Position numbers and translations under genes: made by a program
Virus record (IMG/VR): IMGVR_UViG_3300035698_012504
Location: 1-58,693 of that record
Source of the DNA: a virus
Length of the DNA stretch: 58,693 nucleotides
Direction: 5' to 3' (one strand)
In this document: piece after piece, positions 51,156-58,693 of the stretch
How positions within the stretch are numbered: position 1 is the first letter of the stretch
Layout of the letters: the number at the start of each line of letters is the position of its first letter
Notes under the pieces: generated by a model
The model's database searches: none
The model's input: the letters and a program-made list of their open reading frames with translations, nothing else
What the model was told of the DNA's origin: nothing

Positions 51156-51482
51156 ATGAAAAGATCTATTTCGGATATATTTTTAAATGAAGGATTACAG
51201 ACTTCAAAAGTATCAATAGAGTTAGCAGAATTTGATAACATCTCAAAGGCTGTTAGTAAATTAAAAAAAGTTGCAGATAAATATACAAAGCAAGAAGAGC
51301 AGTTAAATTCTGGTGGGGCTGATGATTTACCAGAATTTGAATTACAAATCAGTAAGCCTATGTTTAAAACTAAATATAAAGGTAATAATGAACTATTAAT
51401 AACTTTAGTTCGGTTAGTAGATATTACCAATCATAAATTAGTTTATGAGGAAAGAGTTATTACGAAAATAAAGGTAATATAG
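51156..51482 (+). CDS. hypothetical protein (108 aa)
   Basis: TAGAGGAA RBS. Confidence 0.6.
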   Translation: MKRSISDIFLNEGLQTSKVSIELAEFDNISKAVSKLKKVADKYTKQEEQLNSGGADDLPEFELQISKPMFKTKYKGNNELLITLVRLVDITNHKLVYEERVITKIKVI

Positions 51483-51493
51483 AAGGGGTAATA

Positions 51494-51940
51494 ATGGCTA
51501 GATTTTTACCATATATTTTACACGATCATTATAGTATGGGACGAGCAAAGCATCACTATGATCTTAGAATTAAATATCCTAATAGATTAAGTGTAGCTTC
51601 TTGGGCACTTCCTAAACATAGAATTCCTGACGTTCATGAAAAAACTTTAGCTATGCAAGGACACGACCATGATATGTGGTGGCTTAAAGCTGACCACTAT
51701 GTAATTCCTAAAGGGGAGTTTGGAGAGGGAATAGTTAAGGTACTACAGAAGGGAATGATTGAGCTTAGGGGATGGGGAAAGTTTCATATTACATTTGTAG
51801 TAGAAGGTCCTATTATGGATGGAAAATTTACTTTAATACGGCCTCCGGCTTTTGTTAGTCAAGATAGAAAAAGAATAAAGAAGAATCCGAGGTCGGGGAA
51901 GTCCTGGTTATTTATAAAAGCAAGACCAGAGAAAGATTAG
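51494..51940 (+). CDS. LigD 3'-phosphoesterase (PE) domain-like protein
   Basis: HHYDLRI, SWALPK, GHDHDMWW and IPKGEFGEGIVKV are collinear with the LigD-PE motifs HYDFRLE, SWAVPKG, EDHPL.Y and IP.G.YGAG.V. Confidence 0.65.
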   Translation: MARFLPYILHDHYSMGRAKHHYDLRIKYPNRLSVASWALPKHRIPDVHEKTLAMQGHDHDMWWLKADHYVIPKGEFGEGIVKVLQKGMIELRGWGKFHITFVVEGPIMDGKFTLIRPPAFVSQDRKRIKKNPRSGKSWLFIKARPEKD

Positions 51941-51941
51941 T

Positions 51942-52190
51942 ATGCATAAACGTATAAGAGAAATTAAAAGAGTTATTCATGGCGCAACTGGAGTTACTAA
52001 ATCCGTTACGGGAATAAGTCTTGCATCTGAAGAAGAAATTAAAAGAAGAAGAAAAATTTGTTCAAACTGTGAATTTGCTTTAAAATATAAACAAAGTACA
52101 ACTAGAGTACATAAATGTAGTGCATGCGGGTGTATTTTGCGCCACAAGACGAGACTGAAGAATGAATCGTGCCCAAAAAATAAGTGGTAG
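51942..52190 (+). CDS. small Cys-rich (zinc-ribbon-like) protein (82 aa)
   Basis: CSNC...CSACGC...C motif. Confidence 0.55.
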   Translation: MHKRIREIKRVIHGATGVTKSVTGISLASEEEIKRRRKICSNCEFALKYKQSTTRVHKCSACGCILRHKTRLKNESCPKNKW

Positions 52191-52199
52191 AGAGAATAT

Positions 52200-53009
52200 A
52201 TGAATAGAAAATATAATCAAAAATATGTTGAAGAATATTTTAAAAAATATGAATGTAAACTAATTGATACCTATAGAAGTACTAAATATCCGATAAAATT
52301 TAGGTGTTCCTGTGGAAATATATCATTTATAAAATTTCTTCATTTTAAAAAGAAACATAAATGTAAAAAATGTAATTATGCAGAAACTAATAAATATAAA
52401 AAACATACTCAGGATTATGTTGAAGGGTATTTTAAAGAAAATGGGTGCGAATTATTAGATAACTACAGGAATGATAAATCTACATTAATTTACATCTGTT
52501 CTTGTGGAAACACTTCAAATATAAGATTTTCAGATTTTAAGAAAGGTCAGAGATGTATGAAATGTGCTATAAAAAAGAGATCGGGAAAGAATCATTATAA
52601 TTGGAATCCAGATAGGCAAAAAATAGAAGTAAGGAGAAAAGTAGACGTAGCATGCAGGTCTCTAATATATTGTACATTAAAAGCAACAGGTCATAAAAAA
52701 ACATGCAAAACAGAAAACATGCTTGGATATTCTAGAGGTGACTTTTTAAATAAACTCAAAAGAGATCCATTATTTGAGAATTGGAAGAATAACTCTTATA
52801 ATTATCATATAGATCATATATTTCCAATAAAATCATTTATAGATGAAAAAATATATGATCCTAAAATAATAAATGCCCTTGATAATTTACGCATATTACC
52901 AAGTCATAGTAATTGGAAAAAGAGTTCAAAATGCGATAAACTTTTGTTTAATAAATATTTAAAAAATACCACCACAGATTATATCGAGGAGGAAATCATA
53001 TGTACATAA
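52200..53009 (+). CDS. HNH homing-endonuclease-like protein, family copy 3 (269 aa, full length)
   Basis: Two zinc-ribbon modules, NWNPDR linker, and HNH core YHIDHIFPIKSF...NLRILPSHSNWKK. Confidence 0.75.
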   Translation: MNRKYNQKYVEEYFKKYECKLIDTYRSTKYPIKFRCSCGNISFIKFLHFKKKHKCKKCNYAETNKYKKHTQDYVEGYFKENGCELLDNYRNDKSTLIYICSCGNTSNIRFSDFKKGQRCMKCAIKKRSGKNHYNWNPDRQKIEVRRKVDVACRSLIYCTLKATGHKKTCKTENMLGYSRGDFLNKLKRDPLFENWKNNSYNYHIDHIFPIKSFIDEKIYDPKIINALDNLRILPSHSNWKKSSKCDKLLFNKYLKNTTTDYIEEEIICT

Positions 53010-53728
53010 GTGAAAGTTTTTTGATGAGCGTAGAATTTAAACGCGCTCTAGGAGATCTTATGGAAGCTCTAGTCGGAGAAGAACTAGATGAGCCAGGATC
53101 CATTCAAGAAATTTATGAGATTAGCATAAATAAAATTGTAACAGATGATACAGTTAGTACAGAAGAAATGATAGATAGATTAAACATCTGTGAAAATTTA
53201 TTTGATACCTTTACCGAACACATTCAAGAACTATTATTAACAGAGACATCTAGAGAGGGGTTAATGAGTAGAATTGATGATAGGCAATCTCAGATAGATG
53301 TTCTAAGTGGTCCTTCTAAAGGTAAGATAAGAGATATTCCTAGGATGGGTACAAAATTTGTTGATACAATGGATCTAGTCATGGCAAAAGTTAATGATAT
53401 AAGTAAAAGAGCAAAAGAAATTCACGGGGATTGGAAACATATTAAAGGTACTGCTGCACTAGTATCTTCTATAGCAGTAATTGGTATTATAGCATTAGTA
53501 ACTAGAAAATTATATAGGAAGCATGTACATGGTGAGTGCCAGAAATATAGTGGTAAGGATTTATATATTTGTAAAATACAAAGATCAAAAGAAATAGAAG
53601 AAGCATTATTATCTCAGATGTCAAAATGCGATAAAACAGATAAGCCTAAATTATGTAAACGTAAAATAGAAGACACAATGAAGAAAATCAGAAAAGATAG
53701 AGATAAATGGGAAAAGAAGTTATTATAA
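53000..53728 (+). CDS. MY[IV]SE-family protein with a central TM helix and a C-terminal Cys4 domain (242 aa)
   Basis: N-terminus MYISESFLMS. TM helix AALVSSIAVIGIIALV. C-x10-C-x18-C-x8-C. Confidence 0.7.
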   Translation: MYISESFLMSVEFKRALGDLMEALVGEELDEPGSIQEIYEISINKIVTDDTVSTEEMIDRLNICENLFDTFTEHIQELLLTETSREGLMSRIDDRQSQIDVLSGPSKGKIRDIPRMGTKFVDTMDLVMAKVNDISKRAKEIHGDWKHIKGTAALVSSIAVIGIIALVTRKLYRKHVHGECQKYSGKDLYICKIQRSKEIEEALLSQMSKCDKTDKPKLCKRKIEDTMKKIRKDRDKWEKKLL

Positions 53729-53729
53729 A

Positions 53730-54476
53730 ATGATTAGACATTTAGTTTCTGTTATAATTCCCTGCTTTAATCATGGTAAATTTTTAGGGGAATGTATAAA
53801 ATCAGTATTAGCACAAAAATATCAAAATTTTGAAATCATTATTATAAATGATGGGTCCACTGATAATACAAGTGATGTAATTTCTAAATGGAAAAAAATA
53901 GATAAAAGAATACGATCAATAAATAATAAAGATACTAAGGGTCCCGCCATATCTAGAAATAAAGCAATTAGACAATCGCGGGGGAAATATATTTTACCAC
54001 TAGATGCGGATGATAAAATAGATGCAAGATTTATTTCAAAATGTTATCCGTTTATAACTCCAATGGGAAGACATGATATAGTATATACCGATGTACAATT
54101 TTTTGGAGCATTTAATGAGATAAAAATAATGGGTAAATATAATTATAAAAATTATGCTGCTAAAAATCAATTTGTAAATACAGCACTATATCATAAAAAA
54201 GATTTTAGGGAAGTAAAAGGATATAATACAACACTGGAAGGGTATGAAGACTGGGAGTTCGGTATAAAACTAGGGGAAGCAGGACACTATGGAATAAGGG
54301 TCCCAGGCCCGTTGTTTTACTATAGGAGGACAAGAGGATCTAGGAACGATCAGGCTCACAAGAAAGAGTTTGAGATATGGAATAAAATATCAGAGTTACA
54401 TCCTCAATTCCAACGGTTTGATAAAAATAAAAAAAGAATTGACAAGTATATAAAAGAGAATGATAGAAGAAAATGA
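53730..54476 (+). CDS. GT2 family glycosyltransferase
   Basis: VIIPCFN..IIIINDGSTD...LPLDADD...YEDWEFG. Confidence 0.8.
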   Translation: MIRHLVSVIIPCFNHGKFLGECIKSVLAQKYQNFEIIIINDGSTDNTSDVISKWKKIDKRIRSINNKDTKGPAISRNKAIRQSRGKYILPLDADDKIDARFISKCYPFITPMGRHDIVYTDVQFFGAFNEIKIMGKYNYKNYAAKNQFVNTALYHKKDFREVKGYNTTLEGYEDWEFGIKLGEAGHYGIRVPGPLFYYRRTRGSRNDQAHKKEFEIWNKISELHPQFQRFDKNKKRIDKYIKENDRRK

Positions 54477-55291
54477 ATAAAAAATATACAATAGAATATA
54501 TACGAAAATATTTAGAGGATAAGGGATGCAAATTATTAGAAGAAATTTATGTTAATCCGCATACTAAAATAAAATGCATTTGTTCTTGCGGAAAAGAAAA
54601 AAATAGTTCTTGGAATACATTACGACGGTCTCCTTATTGTAGAAGTTGTTCTGCTAAAAATAGAAAAGATTTACATAAGTTTAATTATGAGGATATTAAA
54701 AAGATTTTTTTCGATAAGGGTTGTGAACTCCTTGAAAAAGAATATATTAATAATAAAACAAAAATGAAATATAGATGTAGATGTGGGAATATATCATCTA
54801 TAACTCTATCTCATTTTATCAGCAAAAGAAGAAATAATGGAAAAGGTAGTTTGTGTAAACAATGTAGAAAAGAAAGAACAAGCGGTAAAAATAGTAAATC
54901 GTGGAATCCAAATAGGGAAGAAGTCGAAGATAAACTACGGATTCATATATTATGTAAATCTCTTTTATTTTGTACCACGAAGGCAACAGGAAAAAGAAAG
55001 TCTCGAAGTACAGAAAAAACTTTGGGTTATTCTCGACAAGATTTACTAAAACATTTAAAGAAGTGTAAAAATTATAATCTTTGGAAAGAAGATACAACCA
55101 ATTATCATATTGATCATATTATTCCAATAAAATCTTTTGTTGAAAATGGAATAGATGATCCTAAAGTTATAAATTCTTTAGATAACTTACAAATATTATC
55201 AGCTGAGGAAAATCTAAAGAAAAGTGGAGTATATGAAAAACAAGCATTAGAGAATTTTTTAGAAAAGAAAGGTATTATTTTATGCGTATAG
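54473..55291 (+). CDS. HNH homing-endonuclease-like protein, family copy 4 (272 aa, full length)
   Basis: Two zinc-ribbon modules, SWNPNR linker, and YHIDHIIPIKSF...NLQILSAEENLKKSG. ATGA overlap with the GT2 gene. Confidence 0.75.
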   Translation: MNKKYTIEYIRKYLEDKGCKLLEEIYVNPHTKIKCICSCGKEKNSSWNTLRRSPYCRSCSAKNRKDLHKFNYEDIKKIFFDKGCELLEKEYINNKTKMKYRCRCGNISSITLSHFISKRRNNGKGSLCKQCRKERTSGKNSKSWNPNREEVEDKLRIHILCKSLLFCTTKATGKRKSRSTEKTLGYSRQDLLKHLKKCKNYNLWKEDTTNYHIDHIIPIKSFVENGIDDPKVINSLDNLQILSAEENLKKSGVYEKQALENFLEKKGIILCV

Positions 55292-55788
55292 CATTTTCGG
55301 GTTCACATTCGGTTGGGAAAACCACATCTGTATTAGAAAAAGCACATGAGATGAAAATGATACACCCTACTAAATCTGTAGGTATTTTTATGGAGAACGC
55401 TAGACACTCCCCATTTAAAATTAATAAAGATGGAAACTCAAAAAGTCAAATGTGGATATTTTGTTCACAACTACAACATGAATTATTTTTAGAAGCAAAT
55501 TATGATATTGTTATATGTGATAGAACTATCATTGATTCAATAGCATATACTAGAATAAATGGTGGTGGAGATGATGAATTAGCGTTGGCTATGATAGAGA
55601 TGGCCAAACATCATATTGAGTCATATGACAAAATTTATTTTAAAACAATAATAAATAATGATTATTTGGTAGAAGATGGGGTTAGAGATGGAGTAGATAG
55701 GTCATATAGGATGACTGTAGAGCACCATATGGTAAATATTTACGATGAACTATTAAAGTGTAGAGAAGTCAACATAGAGTATATTTAA
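55282..55788 (+). CDS. P-loop NTPase, AAA_28/NadR-kinase-like (possible nucleoside/nucleotide kinase)
   Basis: Walker A GSHSVGKTT at the N-terminus. ICDRTIIDSIAY. Confidence 0.45.
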   Translation: MRIAFSGSHSVGKTTSVLEKAHEMKMIHPTKSVGIFMENARHSPFKINKDGNSKSQMWIFCSQLQHELFLEANYDIVICDRTIIDSIAYTRINGGGDDELALAMIEMAKHHIESYDKIYFKTIINNDYLVEDGVRDGVDRSYRMTVEHHMVNIYDELLKCREVNIEYI

Positions 55789-55789
55789 A

Positions 55790-56155
55790 ATGACACTAAG
55801 ACATCAAGAAGACGTAAGACACATAAAGAGTAGGTTGCGAATCTTAGAAAAAGATAAACACCCACCTATATCTGTTAGTACATTTGACGCTGGCGATATA
55901 ATGGATCAGTTAACATTAATAAATAATAGATTAATGGAAATAGTAGGAATAATGAAAGATCCATCAGTAACATACACATCTACTGGAAAAGGAAATGAAA
56001 AAAATGAGGACAAATTAAAGAAGGGCTCTAGTCCTACGTATATACCTGAGCCAGATATATCAGATATTACTTCACGTACAAACAAAGTTAGTAAACGAAC
56101 AAAGACTGTTGATATTGCATCACAATTAGATAAACTAGGAGAATTAGAAAGGTAA
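55790..56155 (+). CDS. hypothetical protein (121 aa) upstream of the actin-like gene
   Basis: ORF starts 1 nt after the upstream stop. Contains TGAGGACAAA site 4. Confidence 0.65.
   Translation: MTLRHQEDVRHIKSRLRILEKDKHPPISVSTFDAGDIMDQLTLINNRLMEIVGIMKDPSVTYTSTGKGNEKNEDKLKKGSSPTYIPEPDISDITSRTNKVSKRTKTVDIASQLDKLGELER
56005..56014 (+). promoter_or_regulatory. TGAGGACAAA motif, site 4 (inside a CDS, 144 nt upstream of the actin-like gene ATG)
   Basis: Identical 10-mer. 13-nt identity with site 3. Confidence 0.3.
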
Positions 56156-56157
56156 GC

Positions 56158-57222
56158 ATGGATATAAAACATTATTATGGGTATGATTTAGGTACAATGA
56201 ATCAAGTTTCCGCCTGTCAGGCAACTGAAGGTAAAATTACTATAAATACAGTAAGAAATATGTTCTCAGAGATTGATACTGATGTTATAGCAATAGAAGA
56301 ATTAGAAAATACAGATTTAGATTACATAGTTAGTAATGAGGACGATGTGGAAAGAGTCTTTATTATTGGTGAAGATTGTTTTAGATTTTCCCAGATATTT
56401 GGTATTACTCCAAGACGTCCTATGGAAGGAGGCGTCATCTCCAGCAAGGACATAGATGCTATAGATATACTCACTGTGATGGCTAAGAAGCTAGTCAAAA
56501 CGCCTCCTAAGGGACAAAGAGGCTATTGTGTATACTCAGTGCCAGCAGACACAGTAGACGCTGACAATCCTCCTGTGCTGTATCATGAACAGGTGTTCTC
56601 AAAGGTTTTAGATTCTATCGGATATGATGCTAAACCTTTAAATGAAGGAATGGGGATAATTTTTTCAGAGTGTGCAGATACGAACTTTAGCGGAATAGGG
56701 ATCAGTTGTGGATGTGGTTTAATTAATGTAGCGTTTTCTTACAGAGGAATTATGAGTCTAGCATTTGCTATCAAGAGAGGAGGAGACTGGATTGATAAAC
56801 AAGTGTCTGATTCTATTAATGTTCCTGTAAGTAGAGTTACAAGATTAAAAGAGAGTAAATTAGATTTAGATAATCCTATTATATCAAAGAAAAAAGCAGA
56901 GAAACGAGCATTAGAGTGTCTGGTTTTCTTCTATAAAGATATGATAGAATATATATTAAAAACATTTTGTAAAGAATTTGAAAAATCTTCTGATGCTCTC
57001 GAAATAGGAGAAGATATTCCGATCATTGTATCGGGTGGAACATCTTTACCCAATGGGTTTATAGAATGTTTTACAAAAGTTTTCGATGAAAACTATAGAG
57101 ATATATTCCCATATAATGTCTCTGATATAAGAAGAGCAAAAGACCCATTAGCGGCTGTAGCAACAGGAAATTTAATTTATGCCCTCCACTCCAAAAAACA
57201 AAAAGAAAAAAAATCAAAATAA
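56158..57222 (+). CDS. MreB-like actin-fold ATPase
   Basis: Phosphate-1 YGYDLGTMNQV, RRPMEGGVISS (MreB RPM.DGVI), phosphate-2 GIGISCGCGLINVA, adenosine motif IIVSGGTSLPNGF. Confidence 0.7.
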   Translation: MDIKHYYGYDLGTMNQVSACQATEGKITINTVRNMFSEIDTDVIAIEELENTDLDYIVSNEDDVERVFIIGEDCFRFSQIFGITPRRPMEGGVISSKDIDAIDILTVMAKKLVKTPPKGQRGYCVYSVPADTVDADNPPVLYHEQVFSKVLDSIGYDAKPLNEGMGIIFSECADTNFSGIGISCGCGLINVAFSYRGIMSLAFAIKRGGDWIDKQVSDSINVPVSRVTRLKESKLDLDNPIISKKKAEKRALECLVFFYKDMIEYILKTFCKEFEKSSDALEIGEDIPIIVSGGTSLPNGFIECFTKVFDENYRDIFPYNVSDIRRAKDPLAAVATGNLIYALHSKKQKEKKSK

Positions 57223-58075
57223 TTATTATGTATATATTTATCTAGATCCCCGAAAACCTGGAAAATATGTTTATCCTAATTTGGGATTTGGATTATTATA
57301 TGAACCATTTTATGTTGGCGCAGGTCATGGTCGGAGATATAAATCCCATCTATCTGAAGCAAGTCGATGTTTTTCTAAAAGAAACCAATTAAAACTTAAC
57401 AAAATTAGAAAGATTTTTAGGTATGATCTTGAACCTATTATAATTAAATTAAAAATTGAGATGAATAAATTAAATGCATTTAATGAAGAAAAACATATAA
57501 TAAAAAATATAGGCAGATATGATTTAGGAAATGGTCCTCTCACAAATTTAACAGATGGTGGAGAGACACCAATAAATCAAAAATGGTCAAAAGAGAGAAG
57601 AAAAAACCATAGTAAAATTTTTACTGAGTTAAATAAAAACAAAGAATATAAAGAAAAAGTTTCTAGAGGTTTAAAGAATTTTTGGTCTATTGAAGAAAAT
57701 AGAAGTAAAAGAATAAAAGAAATTACTGATTCTCTAAATAGACCTGAAGTAAAGAAAAAGATATCCAAAATACAGACAGAAATTTGGAAAAATAGAAGTG
57801 ATGAAAAGAGATTAGAACACAAAAACAAGATAAAATCTGCATGGAATAATGATGAGTTAAGGAACAAAATATCTGATATTAATAAAGGAAATACATATGG
57901 AACAAAAAATAAATATAAAATAATTGATCCAACTGGAAAAATATATATTGTAGATAACTTATCTAAATTTTGTGAAGAAAATAATTTAAACGTAGTTGGA
58001 ATGAATCATGTGGCATTCGGTCGACAGAAAAGCCATAAAAATGGTTGGAAATGTTCTAAAATAGGAAAGAAATAA
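57179..58075 (+). CDS. GIY-YIG homing endonuclease with NUMOD-like repeats
   Basis: YVYIYLDP...PFYVGAGHGRRYKSH...N..E. Lys-rich repeats (KNHSKIFTELNK, RSKRIKEITDSLN...). C-terminal DNA-binding-like IDPTGKIYIV. Overlaps the upstream gene by 44 nt. Confidence 0.7.
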   Translation: MPSTPKNKKKKNQNNYYVYIYLDPRKPGKYVYPNLGFGLLYEPFYVGAGHGRRYKSHLSEASRCFSKRNQLKLNKIRKIFRYDLEPIIIKLKIEMNKLNAFNEEKHIIKNIGRYDLGNGPLTNLTDGGETPINQKWSKERRKNHSKIFTELNKNKEYKEKVSRGLKNFWSIEENRSKRIKEITDSLNRPEVKKKISKIQTEIWKNRSDEKRLEHKNKIKSAWNNDELRNKISDINKGNTYGTKNKYKIIDPTGKIYIVDNLSKFCEENNLNVVGMNHVAFGRQKSHKNGWKCSKIGKK

Positions 58076-58089
58076 AAGGAGGATGTGTC

Positions 58090-58230
58090 ATGGCACTATT
58101 CGTAGACGGAAATGGAAATGAAGTAGGAATTAACTTTATTGATGGTATGTTTTATGTAAACGGTGGAACTACATACAATAACCTTAGTGAAGTTCAAGAA
58201 TATCTCACAGCAAGAGCAGAACCTGCGTAA
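58090..58230 (+). CDS. small protein (46 aa; below the ORF-track cutoff), paralogue of 58285
   Basis: AAAGGAGGA RBS. Shares G.T[YF]NN[LI][ST]EV.[ET]Y with the next gene. Confidence 0.5.
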   Translation: MALFVDGNGNEVGINFIDGMFYVNGGTTYNNLSEVQEYLTARAEPA

Positions 58231-58284
58231 AGAATATAATTATATAATTATACAAAGTACTTAACATTTAGGAGGAAATACATC

Positions 58285-58497
58285 ATGATGATTATAGCTG
58301 CTAGTACAGGATTAGCATTAAATATAACATGGGCCGATGGCTTATGGCAAGATTGTTATGGAAATACATTTAACAATATTACTGAAGTAGAGACTTATGC
58401 TGCTACATATACCCACGATGGATATATGACACCAGACATTCATGTCTCAAGTTTAGAACTAACTGATATTGTTGGTGATTTTATAGCACATAGTTAA
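58285..58497 (+). CDS. small hypothetical protein (70 aa)
   Basis: TAGGAGGAA RBS. Confidence 0.65.
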   Translation: MMIIAASTGLALNITWADGLWQDCYGNTFNNITEVETYAATYTHDGYMTPDIHVSSLELTDIVGDFIAHS

Positions 58498-58510
58498 TCT
58501 AGTTAAAATA

Positions 58511-58557
58511 AACGACTATTAGCTAGCGCGGCTTGTCTGCGTTAGCTATTAGTTGTT
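58511..58557 (+). terminator. long imperfect hairpin (19 pairs, 1 mismatch, 2 G-U, 9-nt loop) after a stop codon
   Basis: AACGACTATTAGCTAGCGC ggcttgtct GCGTTAGCTATTAGTTGTT, followed by a short T-containing stretch. Confidence 0.5.
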
Positions 58558-58609
58558 TACAGAGAAATAAAGGAAGTGGAAGTAGTGTTGGTTATAATAG
58601 GAGAGAAAA

Positions 58610-58693
58610 ATGGAAGAAGATAAAAAAGGTAAAGTAAATAGACCGTTTGGTGGATGTGATCATGCAGTAGATCCATATATAACTGGATTCTTT
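58610..58693 (+). CDS. 5' end of a gene running off the window (partial)
   Basis: ATG 58610 follows TAGGAGAG. Open to the window end (MEEDKKGKVNRPFGGCDHAVDPYITGFF). Confidence 0.45.
   Translation, partial: MEEDKKGKVNRPFGGCDHAVDPYITGFF

Noticed and set aside
50909-51430. 173-aa minus-strand ORF, the longest antisense ORF. Other minus-strand ORFs in the track were also considered (e.g. 35589-35975, 41184-41519, 47119-47433, 2583-2891).
   Set aside because: Each lies antisense to + strand genes that have RBSs, overlapping-junction architecture or clear motifs. Their translations are low-complexity (Ile/Leu/Ser/Phe-rich), as expected from reading AT-rich coding DNA backwards. None has an SD-like sequence that I could find.
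54837-55049. 70-aa + strand ORF nested in an alternative frame inside HNH copy 4.
   Set aside because: It lies entirely within a gene that has clear family homology. It has no RBS and its sequence is Lys/Val-rich and low-complexity.

Overview
AT-rich, very gene-dense segment of a large tailed-phage genome. All of the roughly 100 credible genes lie on the + strand. Most have a GGAG-type ribosome-binding site, and many overlap the neighbouring gene as ATGA, TAATG or TAGTG. All functional calls come from reading motifs by eye; no database search or computation was run.

Layout:
- (1) 1-10611: a head-to-tail array of 29 complete and 1 partial small paralogous genes. They share conserved N- and C-terminal peptides and have divergent cores. 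22 junctions are ATGA overlaps, and 5 copies are interrupted. thyX and two membrane-protein genes are embedded in the array. I do not recognise this family, and it is the main candidate for something undescribed.
- (2) 10.6-24.6 kb: peptidyl-tRNA hydrolase, a lipoprotein, several unknown proteins, a macrodomain protein, an RFC/gp44-like clamp loader and a zinc-finger/Toprim primase.
- (3) 24.6-38.5 kb: a glycan-modification island of about 14 kb. It holds several GT2 and other glycosyltransferases, four sulfotransferase-like genes, three SAM methyltransferases, a hexapeptide acyltransferase, an ATP-grasp/HAD fusion and a GDPD phosphodiesterase.
- (4) 38.5-45.5 kb: nucleotide metabolism and replication genes. 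These are DHFR, dCMP deaminase, a GNAT, an HNH endonuclease, a ribonucleotide reductase carrying a LAGLIDADG intein, and a FEN/RNase H.
- (5) 45.5-58.7 kb: a mosaic region with a gp13-like neck protein, a Hef-like endonuclease, further glycosyltransferases, an Hjc-like resolvase, a LigD phosphoesterase-domain protein, more HNH copies, a P-loop kinase-like protein, an MreB-like actin homologue and a GIY-YIG endonuclease.

Eight homing-endonuclease-type elements lie in the window. A 10-mer, TGAGGACAAA, marks three of the few intergenic gaps plus one site upstream of the actin-like gene. No rRNA, tRNA or CRISPR array was seen.
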